From Candidatus Sumerlaeales bacterium (GTDB taxonomy: Bacteria > Sumerlaeota > Sumerlaeia > Sumerlaeales > Sumerlaeaceae): a stretch of 26,497 nt of DNA. The notes beneath the pieces are model-generated. The model ran no database searches, was not told the DNA's origin, and was given only the letters and a program-made list of their open reading frames with translations. The position numbers and the translations under genes were made by a program. Of the stretch, positions 8,925 to 17,824 are shown piece after piece. The stretch is from positions 1 through 26,497 of the forward strand of contig JBBSQY010000044.1 in NCBI GenBank assembly GCA_038243585.1, written 5' to 3'. The number at the start of each line of letters is the position of its first letter. The first letter of the stretch is position 1.

Positions 8925-9695
8925 ATGATCGATTTGAACTCCATTAAAATAATCTTCTTCGATATCGGGAATGTTTTTGTTTCCGACGACCCTTCCGGAT
9001 GTTTTGCATATAAATGCCTGTACGATCGCCTTGTCGCCGAGGGCATGGAGATATCCGTGGAAGAATTTTTTCGGCTGCGCGTCGAGCACATGATTGACGG
9101 TGGCAACCTGTGGACCTTCGTTTCCAGATACGTCCCGGAGGCGGAATTCAAAACGTGGCAGAGCGCTGTGCGCGCGCAAATGTATAGGGAATGGTCGCGG
9201 CTTAGCCCCGCCATCAGTTCCATGGATAAGGTGCCCGCGGCGCTGGCTCCTTATTACCGGCTGGGAATCATCGCCAACCAGCCCGGCGAAGTAGAAGCCG
9301 TGCTTGCCGAGCGCAATCTGTTGCAACACTTTGAAGTCCTGGCGATCAGCGACAAATTGAACCTGCACAAGCCTGACCCGGCATTTTATCAATGGGCCGT
9401 AGACGCCGCCGGGATTCAACCCCATGAAGCGCTGATGGTGGGCGACAGAATTGACAACGACGTTCGCCCCGCTAAGCATATCGGCATGCGCACAGCATGG
9501 CTCCGCCTCGGTTATGAGGGTCGAGGCTGGTTGCCGGAAACCGATTTCGAGCTCAGCTACGCAGCCGGATCCGACAGCATTGCGGCCTGCGAATGGGAAC
9601 CTACGAGCCCGGAAGAAGAACCCGATATTATCGCAACAACAGCAGAAGAACTGCTCGCGGCGCTGACGCCGACGGGGTCAAACGCACCAAGCTAA
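8925..9695 (+). CDS. HAD-superfamily hydrolase
   Basis: Motif I IFFDIGNV, motif II IIAN, motif III KPDP, motif IV MVGDRIDND. Start placed at ATG 8925 (MIDLNSIKIIFFD). Confidence 0.9.
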   Translation: MIDLNSIKIIFFDIGNVFVSDDPSGCFAYKCLYDRLVAEGMEISVEEFFRLRVEHMIDGGNLWTFVSRYVPEAEFKTWQSAVRAQMYREWSRLSPAISSMDKVPAALAPYYRLGIIANQPGEVEAVLAERNLLQHFEVLAISDKLNLHKPDPAFYQWAVDAAGIQPHEALMVGDRIDNDVRPAKHIGMRTAWLRLGYEGRGWLPETDFELSYAAGSDSIAACEWEPTSPEEEPDIIATTAEELLAALTPTGSNAPS

Positions 9696-9717
9696 AACGG
9701 CGTATATAGCGCCAGTT

Positions 9718-10176
9718 CTACTTTGTCTTTAGCTGGCGAATGGCTTCATATAAGACGATACTGACTGCATTCGCCAAATTGAGACTGCGCACGTGCGGAC
9801 TGCTCATCGGGATGGTCAGACAGGAAGCTTCATGAGCCTGTAAAATCTCCGCAGGCAGCCCTCGCGTCTCCGGGCCAAACAACAGGCAGTCATCCGGCTC
9901 ATATTGCCAATCGGTATATGACCGTGTTGCTTTCGTCGTCAGGCATATGAGACGCGAGCCAGACGCCAGACTCGCTTTCAGGTCTTCCAAATTGTCGTGC
10001 CGTGTCAGGTTTACATGGGGCCAGTAATCAAGCCCCGCACGGCGCACCGCGCGGTCGTCCATCTGGAAGGCCGGCTGCCCCACAATGTGCAAAGCACTTT
10101 CCGTAGCCGCGCACAGGCGTCCAATGTTTCCGGTATTAGGTGGAATCTCCGGCTCGAAAAGCGCAACGTTAATCAT
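9718..10176 (-). CDS. trmL: tRNA (cytidine/uridine(34)-2'-O)-methyltransferase, SPOUT family
   Basis: EPEIPPNTGNIGRLCA, RRAGLDYW, FGPETRGLP and IPM...RSLNLAN motifs. Confidence 0.96.
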   Translation of the reverse strand: MINVALFEPEIPPNTGNIGRLCAATESALHIVGQPAFQMDDRAVRRAGLDYWPHVNLTRHDNLEDLKASLASGSRLICLTTKATRSYTDWQYEPDDCLLFGPETRGLPAEILQAHEASCLTIPMSSPHVRSLNLANAVSIVLYEAIRQLKTK

Positions 10177-12185
10177 TGCACCACCGCCGGCAGCGCATCG
10201 CCAAAACCCGTTGCGCTACCGTTTCGGCCGTTGCCCACCCGCGCCTCTTTCCGATCCATGCTACGCAGCCACAAGATAATCTGAGTGCCTCCCGCCGGCA
10301 TATTTTCCGCCCTCGCTCCCCCATCATGAAAATCCGTCATTATAGTCTGTACCCAGTTTAGGCCAAGACCCTCACCGCTCTCCCCCTTGGTTGAATAGCC
10401 ATACTCGAAGATACCTTGCGTCTCTTTCGGGCTGAGCAGGTGCCCGTGAGCATCGCGTATACCTGGCCCATTATCCCGAACGGCAATCTGATATTGGCTA
10501 TCATCCGCCATTTGGGCCGCAGACACCGTTATGATACCGCTTCCGGCTTCTGTTTCCGGCATGCGCTTAATTGCGTCCAGGGCGTTTTGCAGAACATTAA
10601 ACAGCGCCAGTTTCAAGAGACGCGGTTCAACAATGGGCGCCTGCATATCCGGTGCCAATTCCAGCTCGATCCGCACGTGAGACGACAAGGCGGGTTCAAA
10701 CATTTTAACAAACTCCCGGATAAGGGGCTCCAGCGGACGACGCTCATAGGCCGGGCGTTTCACGTAGCTGAACGATCGATAGATGTTGACCATTTCCTGC
10801 ATGAAACGGGTGCTTTCAAGAAGCCCCGCTACGCTCTGCGAGAGGATGGCGGCCCTGGGTTCGCTCAGCGTCGTCCCGGGGGTCACGCCCGTAAGTATGC
10901 TTTTAATTCCCATCAGTTCCAGTTTGCTCGTGGCGATGATGTTAGTCAGATCGTGGCCCATGTTGCGCGACAGACTTATATTCGCTTCGCTGCGTTCACG
11001 AAAAAGCTGTTCCCTATAGGCCTGAAAGGCTACAAAACCGCCCTGGAGAACGTCACACGCCCGCACCAGGTAATGGTGAAATTCCGGACTCGGCGGGCGA
11101 CCATCCGCGTATCGACAATCCGCCTGCATACAGCCCGTGGCCAGAGGCGCATGTCGGGTAAAACCGGATCCGTCAGGATAGTTGACCAAGTGCGTTTCAT
11201 CCTGCTTTATCGGGCAGACAAGGGCGGGGAAAACGCCTTGTGAAGACGAACCACTCCGCGACCATTCATGAGATTCCGTTACCGCATAATCCTGATCGGA
11301 ACTGCCCAGAAGCCCCACCCGGAGCCTGCTCGCGCCAAAAGCGTCTCCGGCCAGCGCCAGGGCTTCCTCTATGACAGCAGAGCGTTCGCCAGCGCCGTGT
11401 CCCTGTCCTGGCCGCGCCGCTGCATTCAGTTTTTCTTCCACCATCTGCAACAGTGCACTGGCGGCCAGGTCGTTATAGCCACGTTCCAGGGCACCCCGTG
11501 CGGCAGGGATCAGGCTGGGTACGCCGTCACGGCTTCGATCCAGATGCAGCGTAACGTTGCGCACCGGACGAAGCAGGTAATAATAAATGGCCAGCCAGGC
11601 TAGGCCCCATCCGATTGTAAACAGAACGGCATACATCCGATATCGCTGGGTCAGACTTGTTATGGCGGGCACGTCCACAGGCGATGTGTAGGTGCCGGTT
11701 AGGTGACCGGCCATGGTGGTGGTCGTGTCGGACTGATAGCGGAATGGCGACACGTTCTGGCTGGTGCGCCCGCTGAATTCCCGGATGAAAAGATTATTTT
11801 CCCACGTATTAAGGGCCGCAGGTTTATCCTGATTAACTGCGTCTATGAGGACGTGACCCTCCGCATCGACCAGGCGCATGCTGTACATGGATGTAGGCCC
11901 CTGCACAATATCTGTCAAACTCTCCTTCAGCTTCTCCGTTTCAGCCTGTTGAACTACCGGGGATGCCGAATACAGAACACGCCGAGCCTGCTCATTCAGG
12001 GTGTCTGGCGGATGAAATATCTCGAGAAAGTTATCGCGAATGATCTCCAGTTTTGCCGCAGTGTAAACCTGGCGATCCATCACATAGAGCGCCAGCAGCA
12101 GGATGAGAAAATATAGCGCGGAACCAACGACAACCATCAGATCGGCCCGGGCACTGTGTACGCGTTTTTTTACTGGAGATGACAT
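10173..12185 (-). CDS. Membrane-bound sensor histidine kinase (no partner in the window)
   Basis: Two TM helices flank an extracytoplasmic domain; H box GHDLTN, N box NVLQNALDA, G1 DNGPGI, F box IFEYGYSTK, G2 GLGL. Start uncertain (ATG 12185 or GTG 12206). Confidence 0.9.
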   Translation of the reverse strand: MSSPVKKRVHSARADLMVVVGSALYFLILLLALYVMDRQVYTAAKLEIIRDNFLEIFHPPDTLNEQARRVLYSASPVVQQAETEKLKESLTDIVQGPTSMYSMRLVDAEGHVLIDAVNQDKPAALNTWENNLFIREFSGRTSQNVSPFRYQSDTTTTMAGHLTGTYTSPVDVPAITSLTQRYRMYAVLFTIGWGLAWLAIYYYLLRPVRNVTLHLDRSRDGVPSLIPAARGALERGYNDLAASALLQMVEEKLNAAARPGQGHGAGERSAVIEEALALAGDAFGASRLRVGLLGSSDQDYAVTESHEWSRSGSSSQGVFPALVCPIKQDETHLVNYPDGSGFTRHAPLATGCMQADCRYADGRPPSPEFHHYLVRACDVLQGGFVAFQAYREQLFRERSEANISLSRNMGHDLTNIIATSKLELMGIKSILTGVTPGTTLSEPRAAILSQSVAGLLESTRFMQEMVNIYRSFSYVKRPAYERRPLEPLIREFVKMFEPALSSHVRIELELAPDMQAPIVEPRLLKLALFNVLQNALDAIKRMPETEAGSGIITVSAAQMADDSQYQIAVRDNGPGIRDAHGHLLSPKETQGIFEYGYSTKGESGEGLGLNWVQTIMTDFHDGGARAENMPAGGTQIILWLRSMDRKEARVGNGRNGSATGFGDALPAVVQ

Positions 12186-12230
12186 GAGAACAGTAGTGAG
12201 GGCCACCGCGAGGGTCTGTCAGTAAGATTT

Positions 12231-12395
12231 ATTACGAATTGCGGATTGTGGAATCGGCTGTGTCTGATTTTTTCAAAAAGGTCTGTGGGTGTTACCCAAT
12301 AAGATAGTCGCGAACTTAAGCTATGCCTCAGCCAATATTTCGCAACTGTCGGCCCACAAATCGTAATTCGTAGTCCGTGGTTCGTAATTTGTAAT
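12231..12395. repeat. Inverted arrays of 7-bp tandem repeats (ATTACGA-type at 12231-12251; TCGTAAT-type at 12361-12395)
   Basis: Left: ATTACGA ATTGCGG ATTGTGG. Right: TCGTAAT TCGTAGT CCGTGGT TCGTAAT TTGTAAT. TCGTAAT is the reverse complement of ATTACGA. Confidence 0.65.
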
Positions 12396-12427
12396 TACCT
12401 TTGCCCGCGCCCGGTACATAACTTTCT

Positions 12428-12817
12428 ATGGAAACGAGTCTTTTTGAAACAATGGAACGCACGGGCATTATCGACCGGGTATTTTTCTGGGTGGCGGTAT
12501 TTCTGCCGCTGTTTTCGGCGGGTCTGGCTTTCATTTTGCGCGACGAAAACATAGTAACCCGAAATCGCCACCGCTGGGTGCTGATGGCTTTGGCCGGCCC
12601 GGCCCTGCTGGTTATGTGGCATGTTTACAATCGAGTAATAGACCACTATGGGCTCGACAGCGTAAAAGGACTGCTGGTTAATCTGGCGATATTTACTGTG
12701 ACGGCGCTGCTGTTTACAGGGATTCGAATCCTGCTGCGCGCGTTGATTACCGAGCCGCCCCCGCCCCCGCGGTCACAACATCCATCCCCAGCCAGCGCTT
12801 TACCACCACCCGCATGA
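12428..12817 (+). CDS. Small integral membrane protein (about 3 TM) with a Pro-rich tail
   Basis: Three hydrophobic segments, the loop VYNRVIDHYGLDSVKGL, and a PPPPPP tail; first gene of a co-directional cluster. Confidence 0.75.
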   Translation: METSLFETMERTGIIDRVFFWVAVFLPLFSAGLAFILRDENIVTRNRHRWVLMALAGPALLVMWHVYNRVIDHYGLDSVKGLLVNLAIFTVTALLFTGIRILLRALITEPPPPPRSQHPSPASALPPPA

Positions 12818-12884
12818 GGTCTTTAAATGCCCCGCCACCGCCTGTTCCCGCCGACGGGACAAACTTGCCTGTGGGAGACCCCAA

Positions 12885-13280
12885 TTGAATCTTGAAGAGC
12901 AATATGTGGAATACGTCGAACTGTTTAACGAGCGAAACTTTTATGACTGCCATGAGGTGCTGGAAGAATTATGGCTGGATTATGAAGGTCCAGCCCGGAA
13001 GTATTACCAGGGATTGATTCACCTGGCTTCCGCTTATCTCCTGCTTATGCGCGGAAACATGCGCGGCTGTCGGGCTCGTTTCGCCAGCACCCTGGGGTAT
13101 TTTTCCGAATACCCGACAACCTACATGGGACTGGACCTGGAGCCCCTGCGGGTTAACGTGGCCCTGTGGCTTGACCGGCTGGACGGTTCCGACCCCGGCG
13201 CGCGCCTGCGCTATGTGGATTCCGACGTGCCCATGCTAAAGCTTGATCTTCCGGCGTCCGTCGCCGAGGGTGATTATTAA
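12885..13280 (+). CDS. DUF309-family protein
   Basis: LFNERNFYDCHEVLEELW and YQGLIHLA signature; TTG start after GGGAG; stop overlaps the next ATG (TAATG). Confidence 0.88.
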   Translation: MNLEEQYVEYVELFNERNFYDCHEVLEELWLDYEGPARKYYQGLIHLASAYLLLMRGNMRGCRARFASTLGYFSEYPTTYMGLDLEPLRVNVALWLDRLDGSDPGARLRYVDSDVPMLKLDLPASVAEGDY

Positions 13281-14437
13281 TGGCCATTTTACTTGGCCAA
13301 CTAGCCGCCGCGATAAATGAATATGCACCAGAGGCCCTGGCCTACGAATGGGACAATGTCGGCCTGCAAATAGGAGACCCGGCCGCGGAAATAAAACGCG
13401 CGTTGGTCGGGCTGGAGGTGACCGAAGAATTGCTTCGTCTCGCCAAAGACAATGACTGCCAAGCTCTCATTACCCATCACCCGCTGATTTTCAAACCCCT
13501 CAAAGCCCTACGTTCGGACTCACCGGCGGGCCGGTTGCAATTTGACCTCGTTAAGAGCGACATCGGACTCATAGCAGCACACACAAATCTGGATCGCGTA
13601 CTGAACGGCACAAACGGTGCCCTTGCCGAACTTCTGGCTCTGCGAGACTGGGAGGTGTTGGAGCCCGTCAGCATCGCGCAGATGTATAAGTTTACGGTGT
13701 TCGTTCCGAGAGACTTTACGCCCAAAATCATTGAAGCCATCCATCGAGGCGGCGGCGGACGAATTGGTGCCTACAGCCATTGCTCGTTTCGAGCCCCCGG
13801 CACAGGCACTTATGTGCCGCTGGAAGGTGCACGGCCTTTTAGCGGAAGCACCGGAAATCTTGAACAGGCGGACGAAGATCGCCTTGAGGCGCTCGTGCCC
13901 GCGCCGGCATTGCGGGACGTGCTGGCGGAGGTGAGACAGGCTCATCCCTATGAAGAGGTTGCCTTTGACGTCTTTCCCCTCCATGAGGCGGACCCGACTC
14001 GTGGCTTGGGTCTCGTCGGGACCTTACCGTCCAAAACGCCATTGCGCCAATTCGCCCAGCAGGTGCGGCAGGCGGTGGGGGAAGTCCATGGCCACTTCGC
14101 CGGAGATTCCAAATGGCCCGTAAAACGGGTGGCCATTATTACCGGCAGCGCCGGGAGCGCGGCTCATCTGGTATCAAAAAAAGTCGCCGATGTGCTGGTA
14201 ACCGGAGAGCTGAGTTACCATACGACCCTGGATTTGACAGCGCGCGGTGTTGGAGTCGTGGCGATCGGCCATGCGGCCAGCGAACGGATTTTTGCGCCCT
14301 ATTTTTGTCGCGAGTTTGGCCAGCAAAAGTCTGTGGCCGAGAGCGGATTGGAACTTGTACCTTTTACGAATTTCCCGGAGCCCTGGAAGCTGATCCGGCA
14401 GGCTGAAAACACGAGTGGTGGAGGAAAGAATAACTGA
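13280..14437 (+). CDS. Nif3-like dinuclear metal-centre protein with a PII/CutA-like insertion (YqfO type)
   Basis: WDNVGLQIG, ITHHPLIF, HTNLD, HPYEEVAFD, VTGELSYH and GHAASE motifs. Confidence 0.95.
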   Translation: MAILLGQLAAAINEYAPEALAYEWDNVGLQIGDPAAEIKRALVGLEVTEELLRLAKDNDCQALITHHPLIFKPLKALRSDSPAGRLQFDLVKSDIGLIAAHTNLDRVLNGTNGALAELLALRDWEVLEPVSIAQMYKFTVFVPRDFTPKIIEAIHRGGGGRIGAYSHCSFRAPGTGTYVPLEGARPFSGSTGNLEQADEDRLEALVPAPALRDVLAEVRQAHPYEEVAFDVFPLHEADPTRGLGLVGTLPSKTPLRQFAQQVRQAVGEVHGHFAGDSKWPVKRVAIITGSAGSAAHLVSKKVADVLVTGELSYHTTLDLTARGVGVVAIGHAASERIFAPYFCREFGQQKSVAESGLELVPFTNFPEPWKLIRQAENTSGGGKNN

Positions 14438-15144
14438 TGATGCACCCCCATTTGACGCTGATGCTGGCGGCCCAGGATATCGAAATGGAACTGAAAGGCC
14501 TGAAAATCCAGACCGACGGAGTATCTGTCCCCCTGGAGCGGACTAAGGCACGTCGGCAGGCCATGCGCCGCGAATTGCAGGCGCTGAAAGAGAAACTGGA
14601 ATTAACTACTCAGGAACGTCGCCGCGCCGAAAAGGCGCACGCCGAGCTGGACGAGAAACTGGTCGCAGCCCGATCACGTCAGTCGGCCGTACGCAATCCC
14701 AAAGAAGCCCAGGCACTGGAAAACCAGATTGAAACCGCAGCCACCGCCGCTACCGCTGCGGAATCAGTCGCCTATGATCTGATGGAAAAAGAGGAAACAT
14801 TAGGCAAGAAACTGGAAATAGAAAAAATCCGCGTTGCTCGTGACCTCGACGTTATTGATACGGAAATTAAACGCCTGTCCACGCTGCTCCAGGAAAAAAT
14901 TGACCTGGCAAACGCCCTGCGTGAGGAGCGCATAGCCGCGCTGAACAGGATGGATGAAGAGACCCGCGAACGATATGAATGGCTAGTGAAAAAGCACGGT
15001 CCGGGCACAGCGGTGTCACGCGTAAGCGGAGCCGCCTGCGGTTGCGGAGCCATGCTGTTGCCTGACCAGAAAACAAAAGTACGAGACACCAGCGAGCTCC
15101 ACCGCTGTACCAGTTGCTACCGTTTTCTTATGCAGGACGATTAG
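14437..15144 (+). CDS. Coiled-coil protein with C-terminal C4 zinc ribbon (DUF164/CT398-like)
   Basis: Long charged coiled coil, NPKEAQAL motif, YEWL..KHG.G.AV, then CGC...CTSCYRFL; this family commonly follows Nif3 genes; coupled by TGATG. Confidence 0.88.
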   Translation: MMHPHLTLMLAAQDIEMELKGLKIQTDGVSVPLERTKARRQAMRRELQALKEKLELTTQERRRAEKAHAELDEKLVAARSRQSAVRNPKEAQALENQIETAATAATAAESVAYDLMEKEETLGKKLEIEKIRVARDLDVIDTEIKRLSTLLQEKIDLANALREERIAALNRMDEETRERYEWLVKKHGPGTAVSRVSGAACGCGAMLLPDQKTKVRDTSELHRCTSCYRFLMQDD

Positions 15145-15222
15145 CAGTAATAGGAATACCAGTTCCCCACGCGAGTCAGCGAAAAGAAGTCGCTTCCCCT
15201 GCGCTATCCTGCCCTGCGACCT

Positions 15223-16140
15223 CTATCCGAATACCTGGTCCAACCGCTTACAGGAGTCCGCCAATTCTTCTTTGGTTTTCACGTTACTTTCCGAAGTTAG
15301 ACAATCCTGGTAGTTCCATGCTTTTAAGATGGTTTTGATTTCTTTAAAGTTCGCATCGCCATCGCCTACGGCAACGAAGCGGTTTTCTTTCCGGCTGAAA
15401 TCTTTAACATCCACCTTACGAATGCGATCGCCAAGAATCATCATCCAATGTTCAGAAAAACCGGAAACAAGGGAGTTCGCCGTATCAAAATACATGCGCG
15501 CCCAAGGGCTTTCCAACTCATCAATATATCGGGCAAACTCCATCGGACTAAGCAGAAATTTGTTCCAGACATTTTCAAGACAGATAAAAACTTTGTTCTC
15601 CGCCGCATGGTCCAACAGAAGACGGACATTATCCTGAGACCGCTTATAGGCCTCGTCATACTGCACCTCCGGCTTTACCACTGCGGGCACTAACAGACAG
15701 GTTTCCACTTCCATGGCTCGGGCGCAGGTGATGGCATTGCGCATACCTTCCATCCCTTTTTTAACAACCGCCTGATCGGGATCGGACAAAGGCGCATGCC
15801 ATCCTCCGAAAACGACGCCGTGACACGGAACGCCAAGGTCCCGTGCCATTTTCTGAATCTTTACGGCTTCCTCGGGGGTCGTAATGTCGTCCCATTCTAC
15901 GCTTTCAAATCCCGTCTCTTTCGCTAGGGTCAGCTTCTGTTCCCAGGATGAATCGTCGCCAGCCACTTTTTTCAAGATGCTGGTTTTTATCGCTTTTTTC
16001 CAGGGAGATTTCCCCGCTTCCGCTGCAACTGAGGATGCCGTTTGAGTTGTCTCCTGCGCACGTAAATTAGTCGCCATTGCGCCTGCTCCTATCACAAGGG
16101 CGGTCGTTTGTAAGAAGTCCCGCCGGGTTAGTGAATCCAT
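15223..16140 (-). CDS. Tat-exported sugar-phosphate isomerase/epimerase family (xylose-isomerase-like TIM barrel)
   Basis: Twin-arginine TRRDFL; motifs LENVWNKFLLSP, YFDTAN, VDVKDF and VGDGDANF. Confidence 0.88.
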   Translation of the reverse strand: MDSLTRRDFLQTTALVIGAGAMATNLRAQETTQTASSVAAEAGKSPWKKAIKTSILKKVAGDDSSWEQKLTLAKETGFESVEWDDITTPEEAVKIQKMARDLGVPCHGVVFGGWHAPLSDPDQAVVKKGMEGMRNAITCARAMEVETCLLVPAVVKPEVQYDEAYKRSQDNVRLLLDHAAENKVFICLENVWNKFLLSPMEFARYIDELESPWARMYFDTANSLVSGFSEHWMMILGDRIRKVDVKDFSRKENRFVAVGDGDANFKEIKTILKAWNYQDCLTSESNVKTKEELADSCKRLDQVFG

Positions 16141-16246
16141 CTGATAATCCTTTTCAAAGTCGTGCTCTATTATTAGAGATGTGCGAGACGGACAGGAATG
16201 TCATCCTGCTTTATTTGGAACTGACACGAATGGCTGCCCTGCGGAA

Positions 16247-17542
16247 TTAAACCAGCGGCGTCTTGCCAGGTACCGCGACCTCAATCGCCGGTGCCGGGCC
16301 AAAGGCCAGTTGTTCCGGAGACAAATCCAGCTTGCTGGCGTTTTGCGTCCAGCTGAACTTGACTTCTTTGCTCGTATAGGCGGACATACGTCCTGCGATG
16401 GCAAGCATAGTAGACTGAGCCACGCGAACCGCTTCGTTCAGCGGCGTGTTGTTTCTGATGGCGGCGATATGTTCCTCGTGTTGAGTGATCACGGGATTAT
16501 TGCTTTTACCTTCGAACTGCCAGGGCGTATCGCCCGTTATGTTCGAGCCGGACCAGTCCGTGTAAGCCACACCCTTTGTACCGTAAAAGCGTTCAAACGT
16601 CGTGTCGCTGGTGCCGTCGATCTGATTTCCCATATAAAAAACCTGCACGTCTTTCGGGTAGTCATAAGCGACGCTGAAGTGGTCAAACACGTCCCCAAAT
16701 TGATCCTCAGTGCGCACCTGTCGTCCGCCGCTGCCGCGTAGTTTCTCAGGCGCAACGTCTCCCAGCATCATGCTGACAATGTCCAGCTCGTGGATGTGCA
16801 TTTCTGCAATGAAGTCACCAGACAGCCACGTATGGAAAAGCCAGCGACGCACCTGCCATTCCATGTCTGTCATCTCCGGCTTGCGCTCCTGAATGCCCCA
16901 GTCGCGCATTGCCCCGCCCGTACGGATGCATTTCACGTTCAGGATGTCGCCAATCTGGCCGTCCTGGATGCGCTTTGCCAGCTCAATGCGGTGGTCCATC
17001 CGGCGGGCTTGTGTACCGACCACAACCTTCAAACCTTTTTGATCCGCAATGGCGGCCGTTTCAATAATAGAACGAGCGCCTACCGGGTCAACCGCCACGG
17101 GTTTTTCCATAAAAACGTGCTTGCCGGCATCGATGGCCGCGCGGAAGTGCTGGGGCCGAAACTGCGGCGGAGTGGTAAGAATAACTAAGTCGCAGTCGGT
17201 TTTCAAAACTTTATCATAGGCGTCCCATCCGACGAATGAAGTTTCAGGGGTTAGCTTGACTTTAGCCGCGTGCTTCTCGTTTGCCTTCGCAGTAAAGGTG
17301 TCCAGTCGATCCTTAAAAAGGTCACCGGCTGCCACCAGTTCAATATTAGGATCAGCGGCCAGGCAATTAAGCGTATCGTAAGTTCCCCGACCACCGCAGC
17401 CAATAACGCCAAGGCGCAGTTTGTCAGCGTTCTGCCCGTACGATTTAGAAAGATTTGCACCTGCAATAAAAATGGAAGCACCCGCCGCCGCTTTAAGAAG
17501 ATCGCGCCGCGAAAGTAACCCGTCTTTGGAAAAATCACCCAT
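16247..17542 (-). CDS. Tat-exported Gfo/Idh/MocA family NAD(P)-dependent oxidoreductase
   Basis: Twin-arginine SRRDLL; Rossmann IGCGGRG; GKHVFMEKPVA; EMHIHELD. Confidence 0.93.
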   Translation of the reverse strand: MGDFSKDGLLSRRDLLKAAAGASIFIAGANLSKSYGQNADKLRLGVIGCGGRGTYDTLNCLAADPNIELVAAGDLFKDRLDTFTAKANEKHAAKVKLTPETSFVGWDAYDKVLKTDCDLVILTTPPQFRPQHFRAAIDAGKHVFMEKPVAVDPVGARSIIETAAIADQKGLKVVVGTQARRMDHRIELAKRIQDGQIGDILNVKCIRTGGAMRDWGIQERKPEMTDMEWQVRRWLFHTWLSGDFIAEMHIHELDIVSMMLGDVAPEKLRGSGGRQVRTEDQFGDVFDHFSVAYDYPKDVQVFYMGNQIDGTSDTTFERFYGTKGVAYTDWSGSNITGDTPWQFEGKSNNPVITQHEEHIAAIRNNTPLNEAVRVAQSTMLAIAGRMSAYTSKEVKFSWTQNASKLDLSPEQLAFGPAPAIEVAVPGKTPLV

Positions 17543-17625
17543 GCCTGAAATCCGCCTTTTTTATACCGATAATAGATTTAGACAGCGCGCGAAAAGTTGG
17601 CTGCGCAACCGGAAAGTTTGTGCTT

Positions 17626-17655
17626 ATAATAGTCGTTATTTGCGAAGCCTGTCAG
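17626..17655 (-). promoter_or_regulatory. Candidate sigma70 promoter for the oxidoreductase/isomerase pair
   Basis: Minus strand reads CTGACA-N18-TATTAT about 85 bp upstream of the ATG at 17542. Confidence 0.35.
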
Positions 17656-17672
17656 CACAAGCCACATACAGC

Positions 17673-17713
17673 GGGTTTCGGGTAGGGATGGCTCGCCGAG
17701 CCGTCCGAAACCC
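17673..17713 (+). repeat. GTAG-type REP-like palindrome
   Basis: GTAG followed by the hairpin GGATGGCTCG-C-CGAGCCGTCC, with outer arms GGGTTTCGG/CCGAAACCC. Only one copy in the window. Confidence 0.45.
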
Positions 17714-17768
17714 CAGTTCCAAATTAGTCTTCAAACGTGAGAATTGCTTCTTCGGGATTAGCTGGTCT

Positions 17769-17812
17769 TTGGCTATTGGATGGGATCGAGATGCGAACCC
17801 ATCCAAAGCCAA
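17769..17812. other. Long hairpin just downstream of leuS (terminator or REP-like)
   Basis: TTGGCT(A)TTGGATGGG...CCCATCCAAAGCCAA, 12 nt past the leuS stop; no U tract on the leuS strand. Confidence 0.5.
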
Positions 17813-17824
17813 TTTCGGCATCGC

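Noticed and set aside
10416..11243. 275-aa ORF antisense to the histidine kinase (similarly 2469-3122, 17780-18418 and 19562-20149)
   Set aside because: Each lies opposite well-supported genes and has no motifs.
12231..12395. CRISPR array or integron attC interpretation of the repeats and hairpins in the window
   Set aside because: Units are 7 bp without spacers, there is no cas or integrase gene, and the hairpins lack RYYYAAC/GTTRRRY ends.
16186..16212. GACGGACAGGAATGTCATCC, similar to a degenerate REP-like palindrome
   Set aside because: Weak stem and a single copy; not supportable without the rest of the genome.
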